From NCBI GenBank assembly GCA_965248195.1, contig CBDFIQ010000001.1:1120001-1184000 (forward strand): a stretch of 64,000 nucleotides of DNA, read 5' to 3'. Every line of letters starts with the position of its first letter. Position 1 is the first letter of the stretch. The notes below the pieces were generated by a model. It was not told where the DNA came from and did no database searches. It saw nothing but the letters and a program-made list of their open reading frames with translations. The position numbers and the translations under genes are program-made. Source of the stretch: Longimicrobiales bacterium (GTDB lineage Bacteria > Gemmatimonadota > Gemmatimonadetes > Longimicrobiales > Gaopeijiaceae). Below, piece after piece: positions 49,697 through 59,004 of this stretch.

Positions 49697-50683
49697 ATGT
49701 CTGAGAGTCAACACGAACAGATCGTCATCATCGGATCGGGGCCGGCAGCCTGGACCGCTGCCATTTATGCGGCCCGTGCCGATCTTTCCCCCCTCGTCGT
49801 CGAGGGTGCCGGTAGCCGCACCATGATACCTGGTGGGCAACTCATGTACACGACGGAGGTCGAGAACTACCCGGGTTTCCCGGAGGGCGTGACGGGCATC
49901 GCGATGATGGACGATTTCAAGGCGCAAGCCGTACGATTCGATACGCGAGTGATCACGGAGGACGTAGCCGAAGTCGATTTTTCGGTTCGTCCACTTCTCC
50001 TGAAGACCAGCGGGGGCACGGAAATCGAGAGCGACTCCGTTGTCATCGCCACGGGGGCCAATGCCAACTGGATCGGACTCGAAAACGAGGAGCGCCTGGC
50101 ACAAAGCGGCGGAGGGGTGTCCGCCTGCGCGGTCTGCGACGGCGCACTTCCCCACTTCCGGAAACAGGTCATCGCCATCGTCGGTGGGGGTGACAGCGCC
50201 ATGGAGGACGCGCTCTACATGGCCAAGTTCGCCGAGGAGGTCGTCGTTATTCATCGCAGGGAGGAGTTGCGGGCGTCCAAGATCATGCAAGAGAGGGCGT
50301 TCGCTGAGGAGAAGATCCGTTTCGAGTGGAATCAGACGGTGGTCGACGTTATTGGAGACGACGTGATCACTGCCGTTCGGCTTCGGGACACCGTTACCGG
50401 CGAGGAGCGGGAGCTCGAGGTCGGCGGACTGTTCGTCGCGATCGGGCACGATCCCAACACCGGTTTCTTGAATGGACAGGTCGCTCTCAAGCCGAACGGG
50501 TTCGTCGAGACGGCCACGTCATGGAGGACGATCACCTCCGTTCCAGGGGTATTCGCGGCCGGCGACGTGATGGACGATTTCTTCAAGCAGGCCGTCACGG
50601 CGGCGGGAACGGGATGCATGGCGGCTCTCGAGGCCGAGCGTTGGCTCGCCCACGGTGGGCCCGAGAGTGTCTCCGGCGGTTAG
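49697..50683 (+). CDS. trxB: Thioredoxin-disulfide reductase
   Basis: IIGSGPA, GGQL..TT.VENYPG, SACAVCDG, GGGDSA.E, HRR, GVFAAGDV, QAVTAAG.GC.AA. Confidence 0.95.
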   Translation: MSESQHEQIVIIGSGPAAWTAAIYAARADLSPLVVEGAGSRTMIPGGQLMYTTEVENYPGFPEGVTGIAMMDDFKAQAVRFDTRVITEDVAEVDFSVRPLLLKTSGGTEIESDSVVIATGANANWIGLENEERLAQSGGGVSACAVCDGALPHFRKQVIAIVGGGDSAMEDALYMAKFAEEVVVIHRREELRASKIMQERAFAEEKIRFEWNQTVVDVIGDDVITAVRLRDTVTGEERELEVGGLFVAIGHDPNTGFLNGQVALKPNGFVETATSWRTITSVPGVFAAGDVMDDFFKQAVTAAGTGCMAALEAERWLAHGGPESVSGG

Positions 50684-50707
50684 CGTCCTGAGTCGTATCC
50701 GAGAGGC

Positions 50708-51445
50708 TCAGTAGAATCCCGGGGTCTGGTCGAGTGTCCCACCCCCGTCCACGATTATGGTCTGGCCGGTGATGAATGGAGACTCCACAAGAAAGAGCAC
50801 GGTGCGCGTCAGGTCCTCGGGAGTCCCGGATCTGCGCAGCAGCGTGGATTGGACCTCTCTCTCGACCGCGGCCTCAGACATTTCCTCCGGCGCGAGCACG
50901 AGTCCAGGGGCCACAGCGTTGACCCTCACTTCGGGCGCCAACGCGACGGCCTGGATCTGAGTGAGATGCACGAGGCCGGCTTTGGCGATCGAGTGATGAG
51001 CGTACCGGACCCAGGGCTTCAGGCCCATATGGTCCGCGAGGTTTACGATCGATCCCCTCGATGAGCGAAGCAGGGGCGCAAATTCGCGTACCAACAGGTG
51101 TGGACCCTTGAGGTTGACGCCCATGACGCGGTCCCACTCCTCTGACTCGATTTCAAGCAGTGGGGTAGAAATAAAGGTCGCCGCACTGTTGATGAGCACG
51201 TCGAGGCGCCCGAATCGGTCACGAACGCCCTGCCCTATGCGTTCGACCTCCGCGGCGTCCGACACATCGCCGGGTGCCAGGAGAACCTCTCGGCCCTGGC
51301 CCGTAAGTTCGACTTCGAGACTTCTGGCGGCCTCCGCGGAGGAGTGGTAATTCACCACCATGTCATAACCCGCGTCGGCCAGTGCGAGCGTGATGGCGCG
51401 TCCGGCGCGGACTGCACCACCTGTGACGAGAGCGACCGGAGACAT
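50708..51445 (-). CDS. SDR oxidoreductase, pteridine reductase-like
   Basis: TGGAVRAG, NSAA, HSIAK (YxxxK position has H), VNAVAPG, TGQ...VDGG. Confidence 0.85.
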   Translation of the reverse strand: MSPVALVTGGAVRAGRAITLALADAGYDMVVNYHSSAEAARSLEVELTGQGREVLLAPGDVSDAAEVERIGQGVRDRFGRLDVLINSAATFISTPLLEIESEEWDRVMGVNLKGPHLLVREFAPLLRSSRGSIVNLADHMGLKPWVRYAHHSIAKAGLVHLTQIQAVALAPEVRVNAVAPGLVLAPEEMSEAAVEREVQSTLLRRSGTPEDLTRTVLFLVESPFITGQTIIVDGGGTLDQTPGFY

Positions 51446-51515
51446 GGGCTGGAACCTACGGTGCGGCCCATGGTGAGCAAGCTGGACCAAGACTCGGATA
51501 CGGGAGACCAGTGAG

Positions 51516-52232
51516 ATGGATTTGACGGGAAAGGCATGTCTTGTAACCGGCGGCACCAAGGGCATCGGACGCGCCGTTGCCGAGGCCCTTGCGGCGGCGG
51601 GGGCAGACGTGGTGATCAGCGCGCGGACTTCATCCGACGTGGAGCATGTAGCCAAGGAGTTGGACTACGCGTTCCTCGGACGCGTGGTCGGTATCGCCGC
51701 CGACGTGTCCCGTACAGAAGACTGCGCCCGTCTCGTCGAGGAGACAGTGGATTCTGCCGGCCGGTTGGACGTCCTGGTGAACAATGCCGGGGTGGGGATT
51801 CTCAGCTCCATCGAGGACCTGTCCCTCGAGGACTGGCAGACGCAGATCGATACGAACCTCAGGGGTGTGTTTTGTTGCGCGAAGGCAGCCGTACCGCACC
51901 TCAAGTCGACGGAGGGGTGGATCATCAACATCGGATCGCTCGCGGGGAGAAACCCCTTCGCGGGTGGCACTGGATACAACGCGAGCAAGTTCGGGCTGGT
52001 GGGAATGACGGAGGCCATGATGCTCGATCTTCGGCACTCGGGAATCCGCGTGAGCATGGTGATGCCAGGGAGCGTGGACACGCGCTTCGGTGGGGACTAC
52101 CCCGAAGGGGGCCGTGCCTGGGCCTTGGGGGCGGACGATGTCGCCTCGGCCGTGCTCCATCTTCTTTCCTATCCGGACAACGCCCACGTCAGTCGGGTCG
52201 AGATGCGGCCCAGCCGCCCACCGAGGAAGTAG
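51516..52232 (+). CDS. SDR oxidoreductase
   Basis: TGGTKGIG, NNAG, YNASK, MPGSV.T.F. Confidence 0.92.
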   Translation: MDLTGKACLVTGGTKGIGRAVAEALAAAGADVVISARTSSDVEHVAKELDYAFLGRVVGIAADVSRTEDCARLVEETVDSAGRLDVLVNNAGVGILSSIEDLSLEDWQTQIDTNLRGVFCCAKAAVPHLKSTEGWIINIGSLAGRNPFAGGTGYNASKFGLVGMTEAMMLDLRHSGIRVSMVMPGSVDTRFGGDYPEGGRAWALGADDVASAVLHLLSYPDNAHVSRVEMRPSRPPRK

Positions 52233-52286
52233 GATAGCTCTAGAAGTAGAAAGGACGTAGAAGTCTGATAGATTTAGATCCACTTC

Positions 52287-53699
52287 ATGACGAATGAGGC
52301 AGCCATGCCGAACGGCGATCGTATAGAAAAGGACTCTCTCGGCGAGGTCCGCGTACCCGTTGACGCGTTATACGGTGCGCAGACACAACGGGCGGTCGAG
52401 AACTTCCCCATCAGCGGCCAGCGCTTCGGGCGGAGCTTCATCCATGCGCTCGGCCTCCTCAAGAAGGCTGCCGCGCTCACCAATCAGGAGCTCGGTAACC
52501 TCGACAGCAAGATCGCCGAGGCCATCGCCGCCGCGGCGGGGGAGGTGGCGGTGGGGGAGTGGGATGATGAGTTCGTTCTGGACATCTATCAGACCGGATC
52601 GGGCACCTCGACCAACATGAATGCCAATGAAGTTGTGGCTCGCCGTGCGAGCCAGATCGTCGGGGGCGACGGGTCCGTGCACCCCAATGATCATGTCAAC
52701 TTCGGACAGTCATCAAACGACGTCATCCCCTCGGCCATCCATATCGCTGCACGCGTGGCGATGGAGCGGGAGCTCATCCCGGCGCTTGCCCATCTGAGGG
52801 ACGCACTCTCAGCGAAGGCCGAGGCGTTCGATCATGTTGTGAAGTCCGGCCGGACCCACCTGATGGATGCCACGCCAGTAAGGCTTGGCCAGCAGTTTGG
52901 TGGGTACGCCCACCAACTCACGAAAGGGATCGAGCGAGTCCGCCATGCGTCGGAGGAGCTGACCGAGTTGGCGCTCGGTGGAACGGCGGTGGGCACCGGT
53001 ATCAATACACACCCCGAGTTTGCGATGCGCGTGATCGCTCTGGTGTCGGAGGAGCTCGACTTGGAGTTCCGTGAGGCCGAGAACCACTTCGAAGCGCAGG
53101 CGGCCAAGGACGCCGCCGTGAACGCGGCCGGGGCGCTCAATACGATCGCCACGAGCTTTTTCAAGATCGCCGACGACGTGCGGTGGCTGGCGAGCGGACC
53201 GACCTCGGGGATTTCGGAGATCCTGATTCCCGCGGTTCAGCCCGGCAGCTCGATCATGCCGGGCAAGGTGAATCCGGTGATGTGCGAAGCGATGATGATG
53301 GTGGCCGCACGTGTAATGGGAAACCACACTACGGTGACCGTCGCGGGCCAGCGGGGCAATTTCGAGCTAAACGTGATGATGCCGGTACTCGCTCAAGCGC
53401 TACTCGAGTCCGTCACGTTGCTCTCCAACGTTGCGAGGACGTTCGCCGACCGGTGCGTGAAGGGTATCGAGGCCAATGAGCCGCGAGCGAAGGAGCTGCT
53501 CGAAAAGAACCCGTCGATCGCCACGGCGCTAAATCCGTATATCGGGTACGACAAGGCGACCGAGGTGGCCAAGGAGGCTGCCCGGGCGGGACTTTCGGTC
53601 CGGGCTGTTGTGGAAGAAAAGGGGTTGCTCAAGCCCGAGGAGATTGACGATGCGTTCGACGTCCGGGCCATGACCGAGCCGGGACTGCCGGGGACGTAA
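52287..53699 (+). CDS. fumC: Class II fumarate hydratase
   Basis: R.EKDSLG, QTGSGTSTNMN.NEV, HPNDHVN..QSSND, GRTHLMDA, GSSIMPGKVNP. Confidence 0.93.
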   Translation: MTNEAAMPNGDRIEKDSLGEVRVPVDALYGAQTQRAVENFPISGQRFGRSFIHALGLLKKAAALTNQELGNLDSKIAEAIAAAAGEVAVGEWDDEFVLDIYQTGSGTSTNMNANEVVARRASQIVGGDGSVHPNDHVNFGQSSNDVIPSAIHIAARVAMERELIPALAHLRDALSAKAEAFDHVVKSGRTHLMDATPVRLGQQFGGYAHQLTKGIERVRHASEELTELALGGTAVGTGINTHPEFAMRVIALVSEELDLEFREAENHFEAQAAKDAAVNAAGALNTIATSFFKIADDVRWLASGPTSGISEILIPAVQPGSSIMPGKVNPVMCEAMMMVAARVMGNHTTVTVAGQRGNFELNVMMPVLAQALLESVTLLSNVARTFADRCVKGIEANEPRAKELLEKNPSIATALNPYIGYDKATEVAKEAARAGLSVRAVVEEKGLLKPEEIDDAFDVRAMTEPGLPGT

Positions 53700-53843
53700 C
53701 CGAAAAAAAGAAGGTCACCCGACGCGCCGAACTGGCCATTCGCAACTATTCAGCCCTTGCCTCGAGGGAGTCGTAGTCACGTTGATAACGCAGCCGACAC
53801 GCCGGGCTAAGAGACTAAAGCCGGCTCAGGCGCTAACCCCAGA

Positions 53844-54302
53844 TCAGGCGCTCTTCAGATTGATGTGGAGCTGTTTCTTTCCGAGTTGTTTGCCCGTGAC
53901 GGGAGCGGGAACGCCACCGTGGGGGAGTACCCGCGTGACGGAGCCGTCCAAGTAGAGCGGGTAGGCCCAGGTGGTTCCGTAGCGGACCACCTGTACCAAC
54001 TTCGGCCGGATCAAAGCTTTGCCCGGCGTAATGGGTTCAGTGATGCGGCGCCAAATCCGGTCGACCAGACCCATCCGCTCACTCACAGAGTCCGCCCACA
54101 TCGCGAGCTGAATCTGTTTCCGGTCGGAAACGTTCATGGACCGAACGATTTTCCGATGGCCGGGAAAGGTGTGCGAAAGAAGGAAGGCGAGCGCCTCCGC
54201 GTCCGGAGCGGGGTCTACGCGTACCTCGTGATTTCCGGGGGTGCGTACCCGCCGGCGGTCGGAGATGTCCAGGTAACCATCTGCGTGAACTCGGGTTCTC
54301 AT
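53844..54302 (-). CDS. Hypothetical protein (152 aa, basic)
   Basis: Fills the fumC-nfo gap on the minus strand, preceded by an AT-rich upstream region. Confidence 0.65.
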   Translation of the reverse strand: MRTRVHADGYLDISDRRRVRTPGNHEVRVDPAPDAEALAFLLSHTFPGHRKIVRSMNVSDRKQIQLAMWADSVSERMGLVDRIWRRITEPITPGKALIRPKLVQVVRYGTTWAYPLYLDGSVTRVLPHGGVPAPVTGKQLGKKQLHINLKSA

Positions 54303-54568
54303 GTCGATGAGGCCTTTCGATCGAGAAAAATTTCGTTGTGGTTAACAATTTGTTTACGACAAGTCCCGTGCCGTTCGGATCCCAGAAACGCCGGCTCCTG
54401 GCTTATGGTCCTAAATAGTTATACCACAACGCCTTAAGGATGATATCTGCGGATGGTCCAGTTCCGCCCCACGCTCACCGCGTGAGAAGTTTGTGCCGAA
54501 ACCCGGTAAAAAATGCCTATAAAGAGGAAAAAAGAATGGAGCACCATGGGGGTCTGGACGCCGAGGGG

Positions 54569-55468
54569 ATGGATCAACCCGAAGGCGTGGGCCAGCCCGA
54601 AGACATCGATCAGCGCGAGAGCGATGAACTCGGTGCGCACGTTTCGTCGGCTGGTGGCGTTCAGCGGGCGCCGGCTCGGGCCGAAGAGATCGAGTCAGCG
54701 GTTCTCCAGCTGTTTACGAAACAGCCCAGCCGGTGGGCGGAGCCTGTGATTTCCGGGGAGGGACGGGACGCCTTTCGCGCCGAGCGGCGTAGGACACGTA
54801 TCGCGACGGCGGTAGCCCACGACTCCTATCTGATCAATCTGTCGTCACCCGACTCCGCTCTTTGGGAGCGGTCCCTCGCGTGCTTCACCGGCGAAGTGAG
54901 CCGGGCCGAGGCGCTCGGGCTCGACTTCGTCGTAACTCATCCAGGAAACGCCACCGACGGGGACGTGGCGAGCGGCATCGCCCGGAACGCCGAGGGTGTG
55001 GAGCGCGCCTTGGCCGAGGTGAAGGACGGCCCGGCGGTGCTGCTGGAGCTCACCGCCGGGTCCGGTACTTCGGTTGGGGGAACCTTCGAGAATCTCGCCG
55101 CCATCGTTGGCCGACTCAGCCCGGGGGCGCTGTCTCGGGTCGGGCTCTGCTTCGACACCTGCCATGCCTACGCAGCCGGATACGACCTGGTCCAGGACTA
55201 TGCCAGTGTATTCCAGGCGTTCGACGATATGCTGGGTCTGGATCGGCTTCGGCTCTTTCACATGAATGATTCCAAGGGAGAGTTGGGATCGAGGCGGGAT
55301 CGCCATGAGCATATTGGCCGGGGGACACTCGGAGCGGCTCCCTTCCGCCGACTCATGGAGGATGAGCGGTTCGTGGGAGTGCCCAAGATCCTCGAGACGC
55401 CCAAGAATGATGATCCGGTGGCGGCCGATTTGAGCAATCTCCACCTGTTGCGGTCGTTTCGAGTTTAG
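54569..55468 (+). CDS. nfo: Endonuclease IV (deoxyribonuclease IV); start approximate
   Basis: LGAHVS..GG, H.SYLINL, HPG, E.TAG.G, DTCH..AAGYD, H.NDSK..GS..DRHE.IG.G, ILETP. Confidence 0.94.
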   Translation: MDQPEGVGQPEDIDQRESDELGAHVSSAGGVQRAPARAEEIESAVLQLFTKQPSRWAEPVISGEGRDAFRAERRRTRIATAVAHDSYLINLSSPDSALWERSLACFTGEVSRAEALGLDFVVTHPGNATDGDVASGIARNAEGVERALAEVKDGPAVLLELTAGSGTSVGGTFENLAAIVGRLSPGALSRVGLCFDTCHAYAAGYDLVQDYASVFQAFDDMLGLDRLRLFHMNDSKGELGSRRDRHEHIGRGTLGAAPFRRLMEDERFVGVPKILETPKNDDPVAADLSNLHLLRSFRV

Positions 55469-55486
55469 GGGGAGCGGTTCTCGCGC

Positions 55487-55516
55487 TGGACAGTCCTAGA
55501 GACGGCGCTCTATATT
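55487..55516 (+). promoter_or_regulatory. Sigma-70-like promoter for the putative 6S RNA
   Basis: TGGACA-N18-TATATT ending 7 nt before the predicted RNA 5' end. Confidence 0.55.
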
Positions 55517-55523
55517 GAGCGGT

Positions 55524-55673
55524 GCGTATTGGGGGGCTCGTTTATTGAGCCAACACAAGTGAAGCCGGGACCGGCTCTTTCGTCCGACGTCACGCCCTGA
55601 GAGGGGAAGGCGGAATTCGAGGGGAGGTCACCTTATCGTGTCCCTGGGCTTCAATAATTCCCCTCTGGTACGC
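55524..55673 (+). ncRNA. ssrS: Probable 6S RNA
   Basis: Rod fold by manual pairing: gcgtattgggggg/ccctctggtacgc closing stem; ttattgagcc/ggcttcaataa; central bubble; gacc/ggtc; ctctttcg/cgaggggag; tccg/cgga; ccct-gag-aggg apex. Contains the 6S-like UGAGCCAAC and CACC...GG.UUCAA segments. Confidence 0.72.
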
Positions 55674-55714
55674 TTTCGAGAGGCCGGGACCTGCGTGGTT
55701 CCGGCCTCTCGAAA
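55674..55714. terminator. Strong hairpin directly after the putative 6S RNA
   Basis: 14-bp perfect inverted repeat tttcgagaggccgg...ccggcctctcgaaa. Confidence 0.7.
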
Positions 55715-55760
55715 CTTCTGATGGCCCGGTGATCCGTCCCGATTGGGGAGACCACGACGC

Positions 55761-56804
55761 GTGATCCAGAGCGCACGCAGATTCCTGAACGAACGACTCG
55801 CTCTGCACGCCCTGGAGTATCGGGTGCCGAGGGTCACGCTGAGCCTCAAGTATATGTTGGGTGGGCTGACAGCCTTTTTGCTCCTCGTACTCATCGTAAC
55901 GGGCCTCTACCTGTCGCAGTATTACAACCCGACCGTCACGGGTGCTCACGACAGCGTGCTTTATTTGATCAGCCGCGCGCCGCTGGGTGACTGGATTCGA
56001 ACGGTGCACTTCCTCTCGGCCGGGGGCGTGGTGCTGACGGTTATTGCCCATCTGTGCTACACGTTCTGGACACGCGCCTATAAGAAACCGAGAGAGGTGA
56101 CGTGGTGGGCCGGCGTTCTCATGGCGGCCATCATCTTTCTGTTGATCGTCACAGGAAGCGCGTTACGCTACGATCAGGAAGGCTTCGAGGCGCTCGCGCA
56201 CTTCGTTGCCGGGGGAAACCTGACCGGCGCGTTCGGCCGCTTCTTCACCGATAGTTTTACTCCGAGCACTCCGCTCATAACCCGGATCTTCGGTCTGCAC
56301 ACGAGCCTCTTGCCTCTCGTGCTCATCACGCTCATCGCGCTGCACTTCTGGCTGATCCGGCATCTCGGAATCCACACCAACGATGCCAATAATCCTGGCG
56401 GTCCCAGCGGAGCCAGCGGTGCGGAGACCGGCGAGTTCAGGACGCACACCGCGCGGCTCGCGGGGTTCGGCTTGGTGTTGTTCGCGGCGCTTGGCGTGCT
56501 CGCCGTTTTGGTTCCCGAGGGGATCGGTTATCCTCCGGTTGCCGGCGTGGAGATCACAAAGCCGTTCTGGCCCGTACTCTGGGTCTACGGCCTCGAAAAT
56601 CTGTTGGGCGCCTGGGGCATGATCCTCGGCCCCACGGCTGTCTTTGTCTTCCTGATGGCGGTGCCTCTGCTCGATCGCGGGGCGGACCAGACGCCCGGAA
56701 GGCAGGGTTGGGTGGGATGGCTGGCGGTGGCCCTGGGAATCATAATCATTGGACTGTGGGTATACGGTGTGTTCGGGGAAGCTCGGGAACACATTGGGAT
56801 GTAG
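55761..56804 (+). CDS. Cytochrome b/b6 family protein (fused N and C domains), stand-alone
   Basis: LGG, TG..L..YY.P, A.DSV, R..H..SA...H (helix B), W.AGV, LH..LLP...H (helix D); PEWY position reads KPFWP. Confidence 0.85.
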   Translation: MIQSARRFLNERLALHALEYRVPRVTLSLKYMLGGLTAFLLLVLIVTGLYLSQYYNPTVTGAHDSVLYLISRAPLGDWIRTVHFLSAGGVVLTVIAHLCYTFWTRAYKKPREVTWWAGVLMAAIIFLLIVTGSALRYDQEGFEALAHFVAGGNLTGAFGRFFTDSFTPSTPLITRIFGLHTSLLPLVLITLIALHFWLIRHLGIHTNDANNPGGPSGASGAETGEFRTHTARLAGFGLVLFAALGVLAVLVPEGIGYPPVAGVEITKPFWPVLWVYGLENLLGAWGMILGPTAVFVFLMAVPLLDRGADQTPGRQGWVGWLAVALGIIIIGLWVYGVFGEAREHIGM

Positions 56805-56817
56805 CGCGGGGGGAGAA

Positions 56818-56876
56818 GTAGCTTAAGTTGGGACGTAGCTTAGGTTGGGATGCAACGCAGGTTGGGACGCACGCAG
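56818..56876 (+). repeat. Degenerate 17-bp direct repeats (about 3.5 copies)
   Basis: gtagcttaagttgggac / gtagcttaggttgggat / gcaacgcaggttgggac / gcacgcag. Confidence 0.75.
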
Positions 56877-56890
56877 CGAGGAGTAGAAAG

Positions 56891-57451
56891 ATGCGTAATC
56901 GAGTGACCATGGGGATCCGGCTGTTTAACAGATTGGCCCTGCTCGGGGCAGTCTCTCTGACGATGGCGGCCGTTCACGGCGCAGCATTGAAGAGCTCACA
57001 GACCGGGGTCGAGGCCGGCCAGTCGTTGCCGCTCGAAGGGACCGGCTTCCACGCAGGACAGACGGTTAGGCTGGTCCTGCTCGGCTCGCTGACGGAATAC
57101 ACGCTACGAGACGTGACCGTGGACGATGAGGGCGCCTTCGCCTTCGCCATCGACGTGCCGGCGGATGTGCGTCCCGGCCAGTATCAGTTGTTGGCGTTGT
57201 CGGGTGAGGACGTACGCGAGGCGCAGATGGACATCTCCGTGATGGCCGTCTCGCAGGTTGCCGCAGCGGCCGACAGCCATGACGAGGCGGCCGGGCATAA
57301 TGAAACCATGGACGCCGGGGCACGTGTCGAAGAGATGACGATCGCGAGGGCCACGACCGGTGCCGGGTGGGGTGTGATCGGCTTGTTGATCGGGCTCGCA
57401 GGCGGCGCGGGCGCCGTGCTGCTCAAAGGGACGCCCACGGTCGAGAGTTAA
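56891..57451 (+). CDS. Exported Ig-like domain protein with C-terminal TM anchor
   Basis: GAGGAG RBS; signal peptide; G.GF.AG..V.L...D..G.F.....P....PG.Y beta-sandwich pattern; His/acidic linker; C-terminal TM. Confidence 0.7.
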   Translation: MRNRVTMGIRLFNRLALLGAVSLTMAAVHGAALKSSQTGVEAGQSLPLEGTGFHAGQTVRLVLLGSLTEYTLRDVTVDDEGAFAFAIDVPADVRPGQYQLLALSGEDVREAQMDISVMAVSQVAAAADSHDEAAGHNETMDAGARVEEMTIARATTGAGWGVIGLLIGLAGGAGAVLLKGTPTVES

Positions 57452-57535
57452 GCCAGCTGTTTGGGCCGGCATGGGTGTGACGTTGGGACCGGAAGGGGGA
57501 GCGAGCACGAGGTCGCACAGCCAGCACGGGGTCGC

Positions 57536-58735
57536 ATGAGGATCGGTAGAAGAGGTGCCTGGCTCGCCCTCGTTCTGGCCTTGGTGACCGCGGGTTCCGC
57601 TTGCGCGCAAGAGGATGAGCACCTCGAAAAGGTGCGACGGGTCCTGTCCGCGACACCTCTCTTCGACGGCCACAATGATCTTCCGTGGGCCATCCGTGAA
57701 CAGGAGGGTGAGCCCCACAGCGTGCAGGCGTACGACTTGCAAGGGACCACCCTCGGCCACACCGACATCGCCCGCCTGCGAGCCGGAATGGTCGGCGCCC
57801 AATTCTGGTCGGTCTACGTCGACATGGGGTCGGTAGAGGTCGGAGCCGCCAGGGTTCAGCTAGAGCAGATCGACATCGCACGGCAGGTCATCCGCAGGTA
57901 CCCCGATGTGTTCGAACAGGCGTACACCACCGCCGACGTGGAGCGGATCTTCAGATCGGGCAGGATCGGGTCGGTTCTCGGGATGGAGGGTGGCCACGCC
58001 ATCGAGAACTCGCTCGGTGCGCTGCGGGCCTACTTTGATTTGGGTGTGCGGTACATGACCCTCACGCATTCGGGTAATGCCGACTGGGCCGATTCAGCCA
58101 CCGACGATCCGGAGCACGGGGGGCTGACGGACTTCGGCAGGGAGGTCGTGCGGGAGATGAACCGCCTCGGGATGTTGGTGGATCTTTCCCACACGTCCAC
58201 GGAGACGATGAACGATGTCCTCGATGTCGCCGAGGCACCCGTGATCTTCTCCCATTCCGGAGCGCAGGGGCTGACCGGCCATCGGAGGAACGTGCCTGAT
58301 CAGGTCCTCAGACGCCTCCCGCAGAACGGGGGCGTAGTCATGGTGGTGTTCTACCCTTGGCACGTGTCGGAGGCCCTGCGCACGTATGAGGGTCCGGGGG
58401 ATCCTCCGTGGGCTACTCTCCTGGACGTGGCGGATCACATCGAATATGTCCGTGAAATGGCCGGCCTCGACCATGTGGGTCTCGGTTCGGACTTCGACGG
58501 AATGGAGCCGGATCCTCCCCCCGAGGGCCTCGAGGACGTGTCGAAATTTCCGGCGCTCCTCGCCGAACTCTCCCGACGCGGGTGGAGCGAGGACGACCTC
58601 GCGAAGCTGGCTGGAGGGAACGTCCTTCGTGCCTGGAGTGCGGCGGAGAATGTGGCGGCGCGAATCCAGGAGCGGCGCGGACCGTCCAACTCCACCATCG
58701 AGGAGCTCGACGGACGCCCTCGAGGCCGGGATTAG
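57536..58735 (+). CDS. Membrane dipeptidase (peptidase M19)
   Basis: DGHNDLP, GAQFWSVYV, GMEGGH, GVRYMTLTH, DLSH, SHS, RNVPD, G.GSDFDG. Confidence 0.93.
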   Translation: MRIGRRGAWLALVLALVTAGSACAQEDEHLEKVRRVLSATPLFDGHNDLPWAIREQEGEPHSVQAYDLQGTTLGHTDIARLRAGMVGAQFWSVYVDMGSVEVGAARVQLEQIDIARQVIRRYPDVFEQAYTTADVERIFRSGRIGSVLGMEGGHAIENSLGALRAYFDLGVRYMTLTHSGNADWADSATDDPEHGGLTDFGREVVREMNRLGMLVDLSHTSTETMNDVLDVAEAPVIFSHSGAQGLTGHRRNVPDQVLRRLPQNGGVVMVVFYPWHVSEALRTYEGPGDPPWATLLDVADHIEYVREMAGLDHVGLGSDFDGMEPDPPPEGLEDVSKFPALLAELSRRGWSEDDLAKLAGGNVLRAWSAAENVAARIQERRGPSNSTIEELDGRPRGRD

Positions 58736-58765
58736 GCCACTTCAACCCTTCCCCGCCTCCAGGGA

Positions 58766-59004
58766 TCAGGACAGGTCGATCTCCCCGTTTGGTGTCTCGA
58801 GACGGGCCCGTATTCGGGCCTCGGCCGCTGCAACGATCGAAATGTGGGACACGATCGAGATGTCGCCATCGCGCTCGTCTAGAAGGGGACGAAACACATC
58901 CAGAGCGGGCCGTAGCGTGTCCGCGTCGGGGTGGTTCATGACCAGCTCGATCAGCTTGCAATCATTGGGGAGGGCGGTCGACGGATGGGGTGTAGTGCCC
59001 CAAT
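58766..59004 (-). pseudogene. C-terminal part of the IS-interrupted VOC (glyoxalase-like) gene
   Basis: Manual translation from the TSD: WGTTPHPSTALPNDCKLIELVMNHPD...RARLETPNGEIDLS-stop, in frame with PFVIDWG on the other side of the IS. Confidence 0.85.

Noticed and set aside
53700..53843. Possible ncRNA between fumC and the convergent hypothetical gene
   Set aside because: Only short weak hairpins and an A-tract; no recognisable RNA family, consistent with a terminator region.
54434..54640. Hydrophobic 68-aa minus-strand ORF
   Set aside because: Antisense to the nfo 5' region, with no clear RBS.
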